DNA of 64,000 nucleotides from an uncultured Acidobacteriaceae bacterium (GTDB lineage: Bacteria > Acidobacteriota > Terriglobia > Terriglobales > Acidobacteriaceae): NCBI GenBank assembly GCA_963782835.1, contig CAWALR010000027.1:75570-139569 (forward strand). Reading direction: 5' to 3'. The position numbers were made by a program, and so were the translations under genes. The notes under the pieces are model-generated. The model ran no database searches. It saw only the letters and a program-made list of their open reading frames with translations, and had not been told where the DNA came from. Positions 9,798-18,327 of the stretch are shown here, one piece after another; within the stretch, counting starts at the first letter, position 1, and every line of letters begins with the position of its first letter.

Positions 9798-10916
9798 ATG
9801 GGACGTACCCAAGAGGGATATTTGCGAAGGCGTTTTGGCGCGTGGCATCTCTCGTACTATATCACCGAGAATGGGGCGCGCAAACTAAAGTCGCACCGGC
9901 TCTGTGACGACACCCAAACAAAATCCCAGGCGAAGCAACTCCGCAACGAGTTCCTGCGGACCCAAGTAAACGTTGGTGTCGCAAACAGCGGCCCGATGGG
10001 TGTGGTTGAGTTCTGGGATAGCGTGTATCTGCCCTTCATCGAATCCACCAACAACCTCAAGCCTGCAACCGTTCACGGTTACAAACAGGTGTGGAACCAA
10101 CATCTGAAGTTGCACTTCGGCACGATGCACCTTGCCGAATATCGCACCCACATGATGTCGAACTTCCTCACCGGCCTCGCGAAGACTCTCAGGCCGCGCA
10201 CGTTGAACAGCATCAAGTGGTTGGCCTCTGCGATCTTCGCTCACGCGGTTGCGACCGGCCACGCCGAGAACAACCCCATCAGGGATTCAAAGGTTCTTGG
10301 CAAGACGTTGGGCCACGGAGACACCAAATCGTACACGCTTGAGGAAATGGAGAACGTAATCACCGCGTTGATTGATAACGTAGCCGCGCAGTTGGTGATG
10401 GCTCTTTCCTTCTTTGCCGGTATGCGTAAGGGTGAAATCTGGGGCCTTAAGTGGTCAGACGTTGATAGTGAGTTCATCCACGTTCGCCGCGCCTTCAGCC
10501 GGGGTGTGGTCGGTGATCCAAAGAGCAAGAAGTCTGTCCGGTCCATTCCCATCATTCAACCTGTGCGCGGCCTGTTGATGATATGGCGTGCCAAGAATCC
10601 TGATGGGGTTTGGTTGTTTCAGAATACCGAAGGAGGGGCGCTGAACCTTGACCAGTTCGCAACCGAAGTCATCCGGCCTGCCTTGCGTAAAGCAAAGATT
10701 GAGTGGAAGGGCTTTCATGCCGGTCGCAGGGGCCTCGGTTCGGAGTTGCGCAGTCTCACAGGCAACAGCACCGCTGCAAGAGATGTGTTGGGCCACGCTA
10801 CAACCCGCGTCACAGAGCAACATTACGAACACACGTTGCCGGAAGATGCGCTGCGAGGCATGAAGCTCTTAGAGACTAAGGCAACCAGCGATGGTGGAAA
10901 ACAAAGAACGCTCTAA
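9798..10916 (+). CDS. Tyrosine recombinase/integrase, apparently full length
   Basis: An RBS (AAGGAG) lies upstream. The SAM-like N-terminal domain is followed by FFAGMRKGEIWGLKW (catalytic Arg), FHAGRRGLGS (H-x-x-R) and LGHATTRVTEQHY (His and catalytic Tyr). Confidence 0.85.
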   Translation: MGRTQEGYLRRRFGAWHLSYYITENGARKLKSHRLCDDTQTKSQAKQLRNEFLRTQVNVGVANSGPMGVVEFWDSVYLPFIESTNNLKPATVHGYKQVWNQHLKLHFGTMHLAEYRTHMMSNFLTGLAKTLRPRTLNSIKWLASAIFAHAVATGHAENNPIRDSKVLGKTLGHGDTKSYTLEEMENVITALIDNVAAQLVMALSFFAGMRKGEIWGLKWSDVDSEFIHVRRAFSRGVVGDPKSKKSVRSIPIIQPVRGLLMIWRAKNPDGVWLFQNTEGGALNLDQFATEVIRPALRKAKIEWKGFHAGRRGLGSELRSLTGNSTAARDVLGHATTRVTEQHYEHTLPEDALRGMKLLETKATSDGGKQRTL

Positions 10917-10992
10917 ATTAGAACAGAGCCTGGTATGGGAACCTTCATTGTCACCCGACACTCCAGCCCATCAAATCTAGAATTGGCCTGTT

Positions 10993-11231
10993 ATGTACAT
11001 CCCTCTGGCCCTCTTCGTTGAGCACGATTGGATAGACGCAGTCAACGCTTCCTCCACTGTGGTTATTGCGCTATTCACAGTAGCAATGTTCTTCGTGGTC
11101 AGGTATCAGTTGCGCGCCAGCAAAGACATCGAACGCGCGTGGGTGATGCCGAAACTCGACCGAGACCCGTATGGCAGGATGTTACTGTGTGAAAGCACCG
11201 ATACTGACGGGAAAGGAAACATCACCTCCGT
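10993..11231 (+). pseudogene. Small membrane-protein ORF truncated by the right end of the second IS copy
   Basis: It has one hydrophobic helix (STVVIALFTVAMFFVV). The reading frame passes into the IS inverted repeat at 11232. Confidence 0.4.
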
Positions 11232-11252
11232 TGACCTGCCCCCAGCTTTCGT

Positions 11253-12182
11253 TCACGTAAGAATACGACAAGTTACAACTGCCCTATCTCCGGTTTGAGC
11301 GGGGATGGGGGTCTGGGGCAAGGGGCCGGCGTTTGAGACCTCTTGCCCCAGTTCAGCTCTATAGAAGTTCGCCGCCTGAGCTGCGGCAAATTCCTTCGGT
11401 GTTTTGTATCCCAGACTACTGTGCGGTCGTTCCTCGTTGTACTCCGTCCGCCACGCCGCGATCTTGCGTCGCGCGTCGAACAGATTCTGAAACCAGCTCA
11501 GGTTCAAACACTCTTCCCGCAGCCGTCCGTGAAAACTTTCGACTCGCCCATTCTGCATCGGCTTTCCCGGCTGAATGTGCACTAACTCGATCTGCCGCTC
11601 CACGCACCACGCCAGAAAATGCCGACTGGTGAGTTCCGGCCCATTGTCGCAGCGGATCGCCAACGGCTGTCCGCGTTCCGCCACAATTGCTTCCAGCACT
11701 CGCGTCACTCTCCGGCTGGCGAAACTGGTGTCGACTTCCAACGCCAGACACTCTCGCGTGTAAGCATCCACCACGCTCAGCACGCGGATGGTTCGGCCGC
11801 ACTCTACCGCGTCGTGCACAAAGTCCAGCGCCCACTCCTGATTGGCCGAAGTTCGCACCACGAGCGGCTTTCCCTCCCGCACGCAATGCTTTCGCTTCTT
11901 CCGCCGGATCGCCAATCCCGCCTCCCGATACACCCGATGCAACCGCTTGTGGTTCACGTGCTCTCCGCTTCGTTGCAACAGCACCTGCAGTCGCCGATAC
12001 CCGAAGCGCGGCTTCTCCCGCGCCAACTCCACCAGCTTCGTCCGCAACGGCTCATCCGTTCGCAGCGACCGGTAACGATACGTCGTCACCGCCATCGTCA
12101 TCAGTCGGCAGGCTCGCCGCTCGCTGAAGGCATACTCTTGCTGCACCTGCTCGATAGCTGCCTTCAGCGCTACGAGCTCCAA
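11253..12182 (-). CDS. IS3-family transposase OrfB (second copy)
   Basis: The 309-aa translation is identical to that of 7540-8469. Confidence 0.9.
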   Translation of the reverse strand: MELVALKAAIEQVQQEYAFSERRACRLMTMAVTTYRYRSLRTDEPLRTKLVELAREKPRFGYRRLQVLLQRSGEHVNHKRLHRVYREAGLAIRRKKRKHCVREGKPLVVRTSANQEWALDFVHDAVECGRTIRVLSVVDAYTRECLALEVDTSFASRRVTRVLEAIVAERGQPLAIRCDNGPELTSRHFLAWCVERQIELVHIQPGKPMQNGRVESFHGRLREECLNLSWFQNLFDARRKIAAWRTEYNEERPHSSLGYKTPKEFAAAQAANFYRAELGQEVSNAGPLPQTPIPAQTGDRAVVTCRILT

Positions 12183-12438
12183 CCGTTTTTTCGGATCACC
12201 GACTGCAGTGCTTCCTTGTCCAGACTCAGATCCGCCACCAGCTTCCGCAGCTTCGTGTTCTCATCCCGTAGTTGCTTGGCTTCCTGCGCCTGGCTCACAT
12301 CCATCCCACCGTATTTTGCTTTCCATGCGTAGATCGTGTGTTTCGAGACTCCTGCCTCTCGCGCCACGTCTTCCGCTTTACGTCCCGCTTCCAGTTGTTT
12401 CAGCACTCCGATGATCTGCGCCTCTGTGTGCCTGGTCT
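12170..12438 (-). pseudogene. IS3-family OrfA lacking its native start codon (second copy)
   Basis: It is identical to copy 1 from ...TRHTEAQIIG onward. The native ATG was lost with the deleted left end. The ORF in the track only reopens at an unrelated upstream ATG (12502). The T6 run of the frameshift site is at 12186-12191. Confidence 0.75.
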
Positions 12439-12554
12439 CGACGCTGCCAAGAGGTTTACATATTGACTTTGCACGGTGATGGGTCTTTGAGATTGTAGCC
12501 AAGGCCGGGCGAGGGGTGCTCGAAGGCCAATTACATCGCTAACTGCAAGCCGGG

Positions 12555-12606
12555 GAATAAAAGCAACCCCATCAGGAACCCGCTTTGGGTCTTCGATGGG
12601 GTTTGC
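12555..12606 (-). terminator. Orphan terminator-like hairpin followed by a T-run (minus strand)
   Basis: The arms GCAACCCCATC (12563-12573) and GATGGGGTTTGC (12595-12606) pair with one bulge. On the minus strand the stem is followed by TTTTATT. No intact gene lies immediately upstream. Confidence 0.3.
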
Positions 12607-12987
12607 TGTGCCCGGTCTTTGAAAGACGCACTTTGCGATCCCTTGGATTAACAAATTCCAAAGGTGCGAATAAATAACCGGCAAGCAACCTTACCGGCAG
12701 ACGCTATTAAAGAACAACACTCGGATCAAGTGCCAGAGTTCGTAGATGTGGAGAACTACGACCTCAGCTGCAAAGAGCCAAGTTGATAGCCGCTTCATTT
12801 TTGCGCTTGTTGGTGCGGTGATTCAAACACAATACACACCTTCCCCTTACCCCTTTAGGGAGTTGAGGAAGTTCGCCGTTTTTTATTCAGCGTTCTGATT
12901 GTGCCTTCTCCATTGTTTAGCAAATCGCAGCAGGAAAGCAACATGAAGTTTGAATTTTCGGGTCGAAAACACAGGGAGGTAACAGCA

Positions 12988-13194
12988 ATGGGTGAAATCT
13001 TAACAATTGACGAATTGGCCGCAATGCTGAAAATGACGAGGCGGCAAATCTACACGATGTGCGAGAAGCGCACGCGCAACGGTGCGATGAAGGACCACCC
13101 ATTACCTGTGTTGAAGATCAACGGCAACTTGCGCTTTCGGAAGTCTGAGGTCGATTCGTGGTTGTTAGGGTTGACTGACCACAAGGCAGCGTGA
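12988..13194 (+). CDS. Excisionase/AlpA-family helix-turn-helix DNA-binding protein
   Basis: An RBS (GGGAGG, 12974-12979) precedes the ATG at 12988. LTIDELAAMLKMTRRQIYTMCE...LPVLKINGNLRFRKSEVDSWL matches the excisionase-type HTH pattern. Confidence 0.65.
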   Translation: MGEILTIDELAAMLKMTRRQIYTMCEKRTRNGAMKDHPLPVLKINGNLRFRKSEVDSWLLGLTDHKAA

Positions 13195-13210
13195 ACCGAT
13201 GAGTCGGGCT

Positions 13211-13912
13211 TTAACCGGAAGCTTCATTACTACCGTCCTTCCGTCTTTCTTGTCTGTAAAATCCCATGAGTCGATCAAGTTGCTTCATCTGCACCAACTG
13301 CAAAGACCTTTGACCAAACCACAACGCTAGTAGAGAAGTCAGGATGCCAAAGATAGCAGCTAAAATCGCAAAGATTGTTATCCTCGACGGGTTCAATATC
13401 TCGTTTGAGCCTATATAGTCGTCCAGCTTCGCCAACTGCACTTTGTTCGTGGTGGTGAATATTTCATCCGGGTGCGCTATGTTGGTAGCGAGTGAGATTC
13501 TGAATCTATTGTGATTCCCTGGAGCCAGTGGTCCAATATCACACTGGATACCATACGAAGCATTGCTGCAATTCATGTGGTGGAATCGAGTAGGAGGTTG
13601 AAAGTCTGACCCAAATAATCGGAAGTCTGTAGGAAATCCAACTGCGACTAGGGCCGAATCCACTTGTGGACCGGACTGCACAATCAAGTCAATGGTGTGA
13701 GTGTAGATAACAGGCACATCTTCGTCACCGATACGAAGCTTCAGGTTAGGAACGAGGCCCTTGGTCGTTGCATCGGCACCGGTGGTGGTGTTAACAACGT
13801 TGTAAGTCAGTACCGTTGGCTTCGGTCTATTGATATACCAACTGAAGACAGCACCACCCAAGCCTCCGGTGAAGAGTGCAATTACGGCAATTGCTATGGC
13901 TGTTCTGTTCAT
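13211..13912 (-). CDS. Hypothetical two-TM membrane protein with a ~150-aa beta-rich extracytoplasmic domain
   Basis: The N-terminal TM is IAIAVIALFTGGLGGAVF and the C-terminal TM is ITIFAILAAIFGILTSLLALWF, followed by a charged tail. I recognise no family. It lies in AT-richer DNA. Confidence 0.55.
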   Translation of the reverse strand: MNRTAIAIAVIALFTGGLGGAVFSWYINRPKPTVLTYNVVNTTTGADATTKGLVPNLKLRIGDEDVPVIYTHTIDLIVQSGPQVDSALVAVGFPTDFRLFGSDFQPPTRFHHMNCSNASYGIQCDIGPLAPGNHNRFRISLATNIAHPDEIFTTTNKVQLAKLDDYIGSNEILNPSRITIFAILAAIFGILTSLLALWFGQRSLQLVQMKQLDRLMGFYRQERRKDGSNEASG

Positions 13913-13947
13913 TGAGTCTGTTGAGTCTCTGACATCCTAACGCTTTC

Positions 13948-14142
13948 TCACTTTCGCACCAACTTTTCAATCCACGCCTCAACGTCGCTTTTGCGAAACC
14001 TAACAGCGCCTCCGAGCCGCAGAGCCGGGAGGGGGTTGTCTCGTATATCCCCGCTCTTTGTTCGAGGATTCATCAACTCGTAAACGTGCCGCTTGCTAAT
14101 CTTCAACCAAGCTGCGACATCATTGACCGTCAAGATTTCCAT
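13948..14142 (-). CDS. Excisionase-family helix-turn-helix DNA-binding protein
   Basis: The sequence is MEILTVNDVAAWLKISKRHVYELM...LPALRLGGAVRFRKSDVEAWIEKL. It shares the fold signature of 12988-13194 and lies next to the att-like repeat. Confidence 0.7.
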   Translation of the reverse strand: MEILTVNDVAAWLKISKRHVYELMNPRTKSGDIRDNPLPALRLGGAVRFRKSDVEAWIEKLVRK

Positions 14143-14225
14143 GCTCAGTATTCAACCAAATTTCAACCACGGTTGGAGCGAGTGAAAGGCGAATATGACG
14201 GTCTGTTAGACCGCCGCACCTGCCA

Positions 14226-14252
14226 CATGATGGGATGGAAATGGGATAAATC
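14226..14252 (-). promoter_or_regulatory. Inverted copy of the bipartite TATCCCAT-N3-CATCCCAT motif
   Basis: The reverse complement reads TTTATCCCATTTCCATCCCATCAT. It forms an inverted pair with 14265-14287, upstream of the xis-like gene. Confidence 0.45.
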
Positions 14253-14264
14253 TGCCTGTGGAAA

Positions 14265-14287
14265 TCTATCCCATTCTCATCCCATGG
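14265..14287 (+). promoter_or_regulatory. Direct copy of the bipartite TATCCCAT-N3-CATCCCAT motif
   Basis: tcTATCCCATtctCATCCCATgg has the same orientation as the 9739-9759 copy. Confidence 0.45.
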
Positions 14288-14382
14288 AGCAAAACGGACC
14301 CTAACGGAAATGACTGGAGACATTGAGTTTTGGTTGGAACGAAACGGAAGGTAAGTACCTTGCTTTTAAACGACTTACGCGA

Positions 14383-14422
14383 TTAGCAAACCGCCGCATT
14401 CGGCCACTCTGCCACCTCTCCG
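14383..14422. repeat. 40-bp direct repeat copy 2 (att-like), an orphan 5' half of tRNA-Ser(GCU)
   Basis: It is identical to 9670-9709. No tRNA 3' half follows it; on the tRNA strand the sequence after the anticodon loop is unrelated. Confidence 0.85.
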
Positions 14423-14553
14423 GGCATGCGGAATTTCATTTTACCACGTCACATCCGCGCTCTCAGTCGAGGGCCAGGCGGGAATAGCCGCTGCCACGAA
14501 CTAGCTTTGTTGGTCACCGTCGAACTGGACCCAGTCTTTTCAGATTAACCGCC

Positions 14554-17205
14554 TCAGTTCGAGTCAAATGCGTCGGTCAAAGACATTATTTTCATCGCAC
14601 CCTTGATCTGCTCCAGCGTTGCAGAAGACTTCAGATGTAACGTGACTGGCTCCGCCGGAAGCAGATCGAAGTAATTATCCGAGCTTTGAACGTCGAGATC
14701 TCCGAAAGATAGATACACGCTGCGAGCCAGCTTTGGGGATTGAACCGTAACCGTGTAATCCTCTCCAGTTTTATTCAGGGACGTTTCGATCTTGGGCGCG
14801 ACCGGCAGCTCCAGGTCGTGGGTCACATGAAAGAAGATCAAGTTCCGCGATACTCTATTCCCGGCGACTTCGAAGTCGAATACAAGGAAGCTTCCATGCA
14901 AATCACCCTTTTCCACCAAAGAAGCCTTGTCGACTGTGAAGTAGATTGCATTCGATTGTGCCGGCACTTGAACATCTTTCGTTTGATCGAGCAGAGAATT
15001 TCCCGAAAAGTCCAGCAGGCGCATGTGGATCGTGCCCGAGAGCGGCTGCAGTTTATCCGAGACCACGTACACGTCCACTTTGTCGTCATGCAAGAAAGGT
15101 GAGATCAACACGTCGTCGTAAAAGCGGCGGGCATAATAATGTAGTGCTTTCCAGCGGCCGTAGTAATCGATGCTCGCCCACGAGGCCACCGGCCAGCAGT
15201 CATTCAGCTGCCAGTAGAGCGAGCCCATGGTGCGCGGCCTCTGCCTGCGCAAATGCTCGGCGCCGATCTTGATGATCTCCGCCTGCTGCACCTGGCTCAG
15301 ATACACGAACGAAGCGAAGTCCTTGGGCTCGCGGTATTCGCGCAACATATAGGTAAGGATGCGTTCGTTTCCACCCTTATTCTTCTGGTGCGCCTGCATG
15401 ACGGTCGACCGAATGTCGAAGTCTTCAGGCTTGTTGGCGAAAGCGTGGATCGTGCGCATCTCGGGGAACGATTGAAATCCGTACTCCGTCATGAAGCGCG
15501 GAAACTGTTTGGTGTAATCTTGCGCCGGCGCCTGCTGATGCCACACGGCCCAATAATGCATGTCGCCGTTGTGCTGATTGTCGGGGATCTCTTCGAAATT
15601 GGCGCTGGGAGAACTCGGCGTGTAAGGAACCGGATCGGCGTACCGCGTGACCGTGCTTCGCAGGATGTCGGAGAACAGAATCACATAGTCCTGCCAGACT
15701 CGGTCGCGTGCTTCGGGTGAAATGGATTCTTTGAATTCCTGGCGATCGCCCCAGTGGTACCAGCCCGTTTCGACTTCATTATTGCCGCACCAGATCACAA
15801 TGCTGGGATGATCGCGCAGGCGCTTGATCTGATCGATGGCTTCTTGCCGGACGTTTTCCTGGAAGGCAACATCGCCGGGAACCATGTCGCCGCCAAACAT
15901 AAACTCCTGCCAAACCATTATGCCGAGTTCGTCGCAGATATCGTAGAAGTCATCGGACTCGTAATAACCGCCGCCCCACTCCCGCACCATGTTCATATGA
16001 GCGTCGCGCGCGGCTTGCAGAATGTTGCGATGAATTTCCGGAGTCACTCGGTTCGGAAAACTATCGAACGGAATCACGTCCGCGCCTTTTCCGAAGACAG
16101 AAATGCCGTTGACCACGAACTCGAAACTCTTGCCCCATTGATCGGGAACGCGGCGCAGTTCTACGGAACGTAATCCCGTCTTGGTTTCAGCATGCGCGGC
16201 AGCCTCTTTGCCCATGCGGATCGCAGCAGAAAACTTGTAGCGGTTCTGCGCGCCGTACCCTACCGGGTACCAGAGCTTCGGCGAAACGATGCGCAAGGGA
16301 AAAGAAACATGATTCATGCCTGCGTTGAGTTGCAGCGTCTGGGTTCCGTCGGAGGTTTGCGGACCCGACAGTTCATCATGCGCCAAGGCGAGAGTTGCAG
16401 CCGTGGCCTTGGTCGCGTCGATATCGAGTTCCGCCGTCACGTTGGCCAGGTCTGCGGTGATGCTGTGCTGGTGGATATGAAAGTTCCCGATGCGCAGAGC
16501 GTCCCAGGATTCGAGGCGCACCGCCTGCCAAATGCCTTCCGTCATGAAGCGCGGTCCCCAATCCCAGCCATAGTTATAAGGAGCTTTGCGTGTGTACGGA
16601 GCGGTTGCAATGTCTTCTTCGTTTCCGTAGTTGTGAGTCGAGATCGAGGGCAAAATAAACGGCTGCGCCTTGGCGTACGGGATCATCTTCTCGACGGCCG
16701 AATGGAATACGATCCGGAGAGTGTTCGGCCCAGACTTCAACATCGTCTTTACGGGGACGCGCCAGCGCCGGAACATGTTATCGGCATGCAGTATTGACTG
16801 ATCATTCAGATAGACGTCGGCAAATGTATCTAAGCCTTCGAAAGCCAGATCGACGTGCTCACGGCTCAGAGTGCCTGCATCAACTTGAAAAGTGGTTTGA
16901 TATTCCCAGTCTGCCAGGCCGATCCACTGAAGACGGAATTCATTGTCGCGATCGAACGGGTCGGGAATGAGCTTGCTATTCAGGAGATCGGTTTGGACCA
17001 CTCCTGGAACCTGCGCGGGATGCCACTCCTTCACGTCGGTTCGATCGGTATTCGCGACAGCTCGAAATTGCCAGCCGGAATCGATCGATCTTGACGAAGG
17101 CTCGGCTGCTTGCAGCGGCACTACGGTCATAGAAATTAAGAGGAGGCAGCTAAGAGAATAGAGAAAAGTATCAGACAGATGGCGAAGGAACCACGAAAGC
17201 TTCAT
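14554..17205 (-). CDS. GH2 beta-mannosidase with signal peptide
   Basis: At 883 aa it has the GH2 sugar-binding N-terminus (DSGWQFRAV), YNYGWDWGPRF, and catalytic-region motifs (WCGNNE, MTEYGFQS). Confidence 0.8.
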   Translation of the reverse strand: MKLSWFLRHLSDTFLYSLSCLLLISMTVVPLQAAEPSSRSIDSGWQFRAVANTDRTDVKEWHPAQVPGVVQTDLLNSKLIPDPFDRDNEFRLQWIGLADWEYQTTFQVDAGTLSREHVDLAFEGLDTFADVYLNDQSILHADNMFRRWRVPVKTMLKSGPNTLRIVFHSAVEKMIPYAKAQPFILPSISTHNYGNEEDIATAPYTRKAPYNYGWDWGPRFMTEGIWQAVRLESWDALRIGNFHIHQHSITADLANVTAELDIDATKATAATLALAHDELSGPQTSDGTQTLQLNAGMNHVSFPLRIVSPKLWYPVGYGAQNRYKFSAAIRMGKEAAAHAETKTGLRSVELRRVPDQWGKSFEFVVNGISVFGKGADVIPFDSFPNRVTPEIHRNILQAARDAHMNMVREWGGGYYESDDFYDICDELGIMVWQEFMFGGDMVPGDVAFQENVRQEAIDQIKRLRDHPSIVIWCGNNEVETGWYHWGDRQEFKESISPEARDRVWQDYVILFSDILRSTVTRYADPVPYTPSSPSANFEEIPDNQHNGDMHYWAVWHQQAPAQDYTKQFPRFMTEYGFQSFPEMRTIHAFANKPEDFDIRSTVMQAHQKNKGGNERILTYMLREYREPKDFASFVYLSQVQQAEIIKIGAEHLRRQRPRTMGSLYWQLNDCWPVASWASIDYYGRWKALHYYARRFYDDVLISPFLHDDKVDVYVVSDKLQPLSGTIHMRLLDFSGNSLLDQTKDVQVPAQSNAIYFTVDKASLVEKGDLHGSFLVFDFEVAGNRVSRNLIFFHVTHDLELPVAPKIETSLNKTGEDYTVTVQSPKLARSVYLSFGDLDVQSSDNYFDLLPAEPVTLHLKSSATLEQIKGAMKIMSLTDAFDSN

Positions 17206-17241
17206 ATGAGGTGCTCCTGTCTCAAGTTATGAGCAAAAATC

Positions 17242-18327
17242 TCAGTGCGGCGAGTCTTGTTGTCCCGCGGGTTGCGGCTGAGCAGAACTGTTCTGCAGCT
17301 TTTCAAACTCCTGCATCTCCCGCTTTGCCTCAGCCGTCTTTCCCTGTTTGCGATAGATTCCCGCCAGTCCGAAGTGTGCTTGCGCTGCCAGCGAACTTTG
17401 CTTCTCGATCGAAAGAAGTTTGGTCCACGTTTTCTCCGCGGCAACGGGGTCACCCTCCAGGGAAGCCGCTTTCCCGAGTGCATAGAGCGTCTCCGGCATA
17501 TCGGGCAGCAACCGGTCCGCGCGCAGCAGTTCCGTCCGTGCCTCGTGCGCTTTCCCTTGTTCCAGCAACGCGTCTCCCAGTCGATAAGCCGCTTCCGCGT
17601 TTCCCGGCTGCAGCTTCACCTGGATTCGAAACTCTTCTTCCGCCTTGGGCCATTGGAACGCGCCAGCATACACCTCGCCGAGCGCCAGGTGCGCTTCGGG
17701 CAGAGCCGGGCGCAGCCGCAACGCGTCTTGGTATTCCTTCTCGGCATCTTGCATCCGCCGCAGCACAAAGTAGTTTTCCGCCATGGCCTGATGCGCTCGG
17801 GCGGAGTCAGGATAGGCGGCGAGCAAAGTATCAACCGATTGTTTCGCCAGCAAACCGCTGGCGCGGCCAAGGTAATAAAGAAGATCAGGGTCGTTCGGCC
17901 GCGCGGCCAGCGAATCTTCCAGATTCTTCACCGCCTCCGGGAGTTGTCCGGTCTGAATCTGCGCGATGCCCAACGCAGTTTTGTCAGGCGCGCGCTGCAA
18001 GTTTGGAATCGCCTCGCTGGGATAACCTTGTGAGAGCAGCGCGTAGCCCAGCAACTGGTGAGCTGGGATAGAATCTGAGTTTATTTCCAACGCCCGCTTG
18101 AGCGGCGCGATTGCAGATCCGTAGTCCCCCTTCTCCATGTAAGCCTGGCCGAGACTGATGAAACCATCCGCGAATGATGGATCCAGTTCCGTCACCTTCT
18201 TAAACTCCGCGACAGCCACATCGAACTTTCGTTCTTTATCAGCGGCAATTCCTGCTTGCATGTGCTCGGCCGCCTGTGGCGAAGCGATCTGCCAGGCGAG
18301 CCATATAAATAAGATGGCGCGGATCAC
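17242..18327 (-). CDS. Tetratricopeptide (TPR) repeat protein, secreted
   Basis: A signal peptide is followed by multiple 34-aa TPR-like repeats (e.g. AEAHLALGEVYAGAFQWPKAEEEF). There is a 4-nt overlap with the upstream gene. Confidence 0.7.
   Translation of the reverse strand: MIRAILFIWLAWQIASPQAAEHMQAGIAADKERKFDVAVAEFKKVTELDPSFADGFISLGQAYMEKGDYGSAIAPLKRALEINSDSIPAHQLLGYALLSQGYPSEAIPNLQRAPDKTALGIAQIQTGQLPEAVKNLEDSLAARPNDPDLLYYLGRASGLLAKQSVDTLLAAYPDSARAHQAMAENYFVLRRMQDAEKEYQDALRLRPALPEAHLALGEVYAGAFQWPKAEEEFRIQVKLQPGNAEAAYRLGDALLEQGKAHEARTELLRADRLLPDMPETLYALGKAASLEGDPVAAEKTWTKLLSIEKQSSLAAQAHFGLAGIYRKQGKTAEAKREMQEFEKLQNSSAQPQPAGQQDSPH

Larger units (their letters stand above)
11232..12438 (-). 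mobile_element. IS3-family insertion sequence, second copy, inverted and lacking its first 72 nt (no left IR, no orfA start codon)
   Basis: All ORF translations are identical to copy 1, and the coordinates map as x -> 19722-x with no length change. Identity ends at 12438, which corresponds to 7284. The right IR is intact at 11232. Confidence 0.9.
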
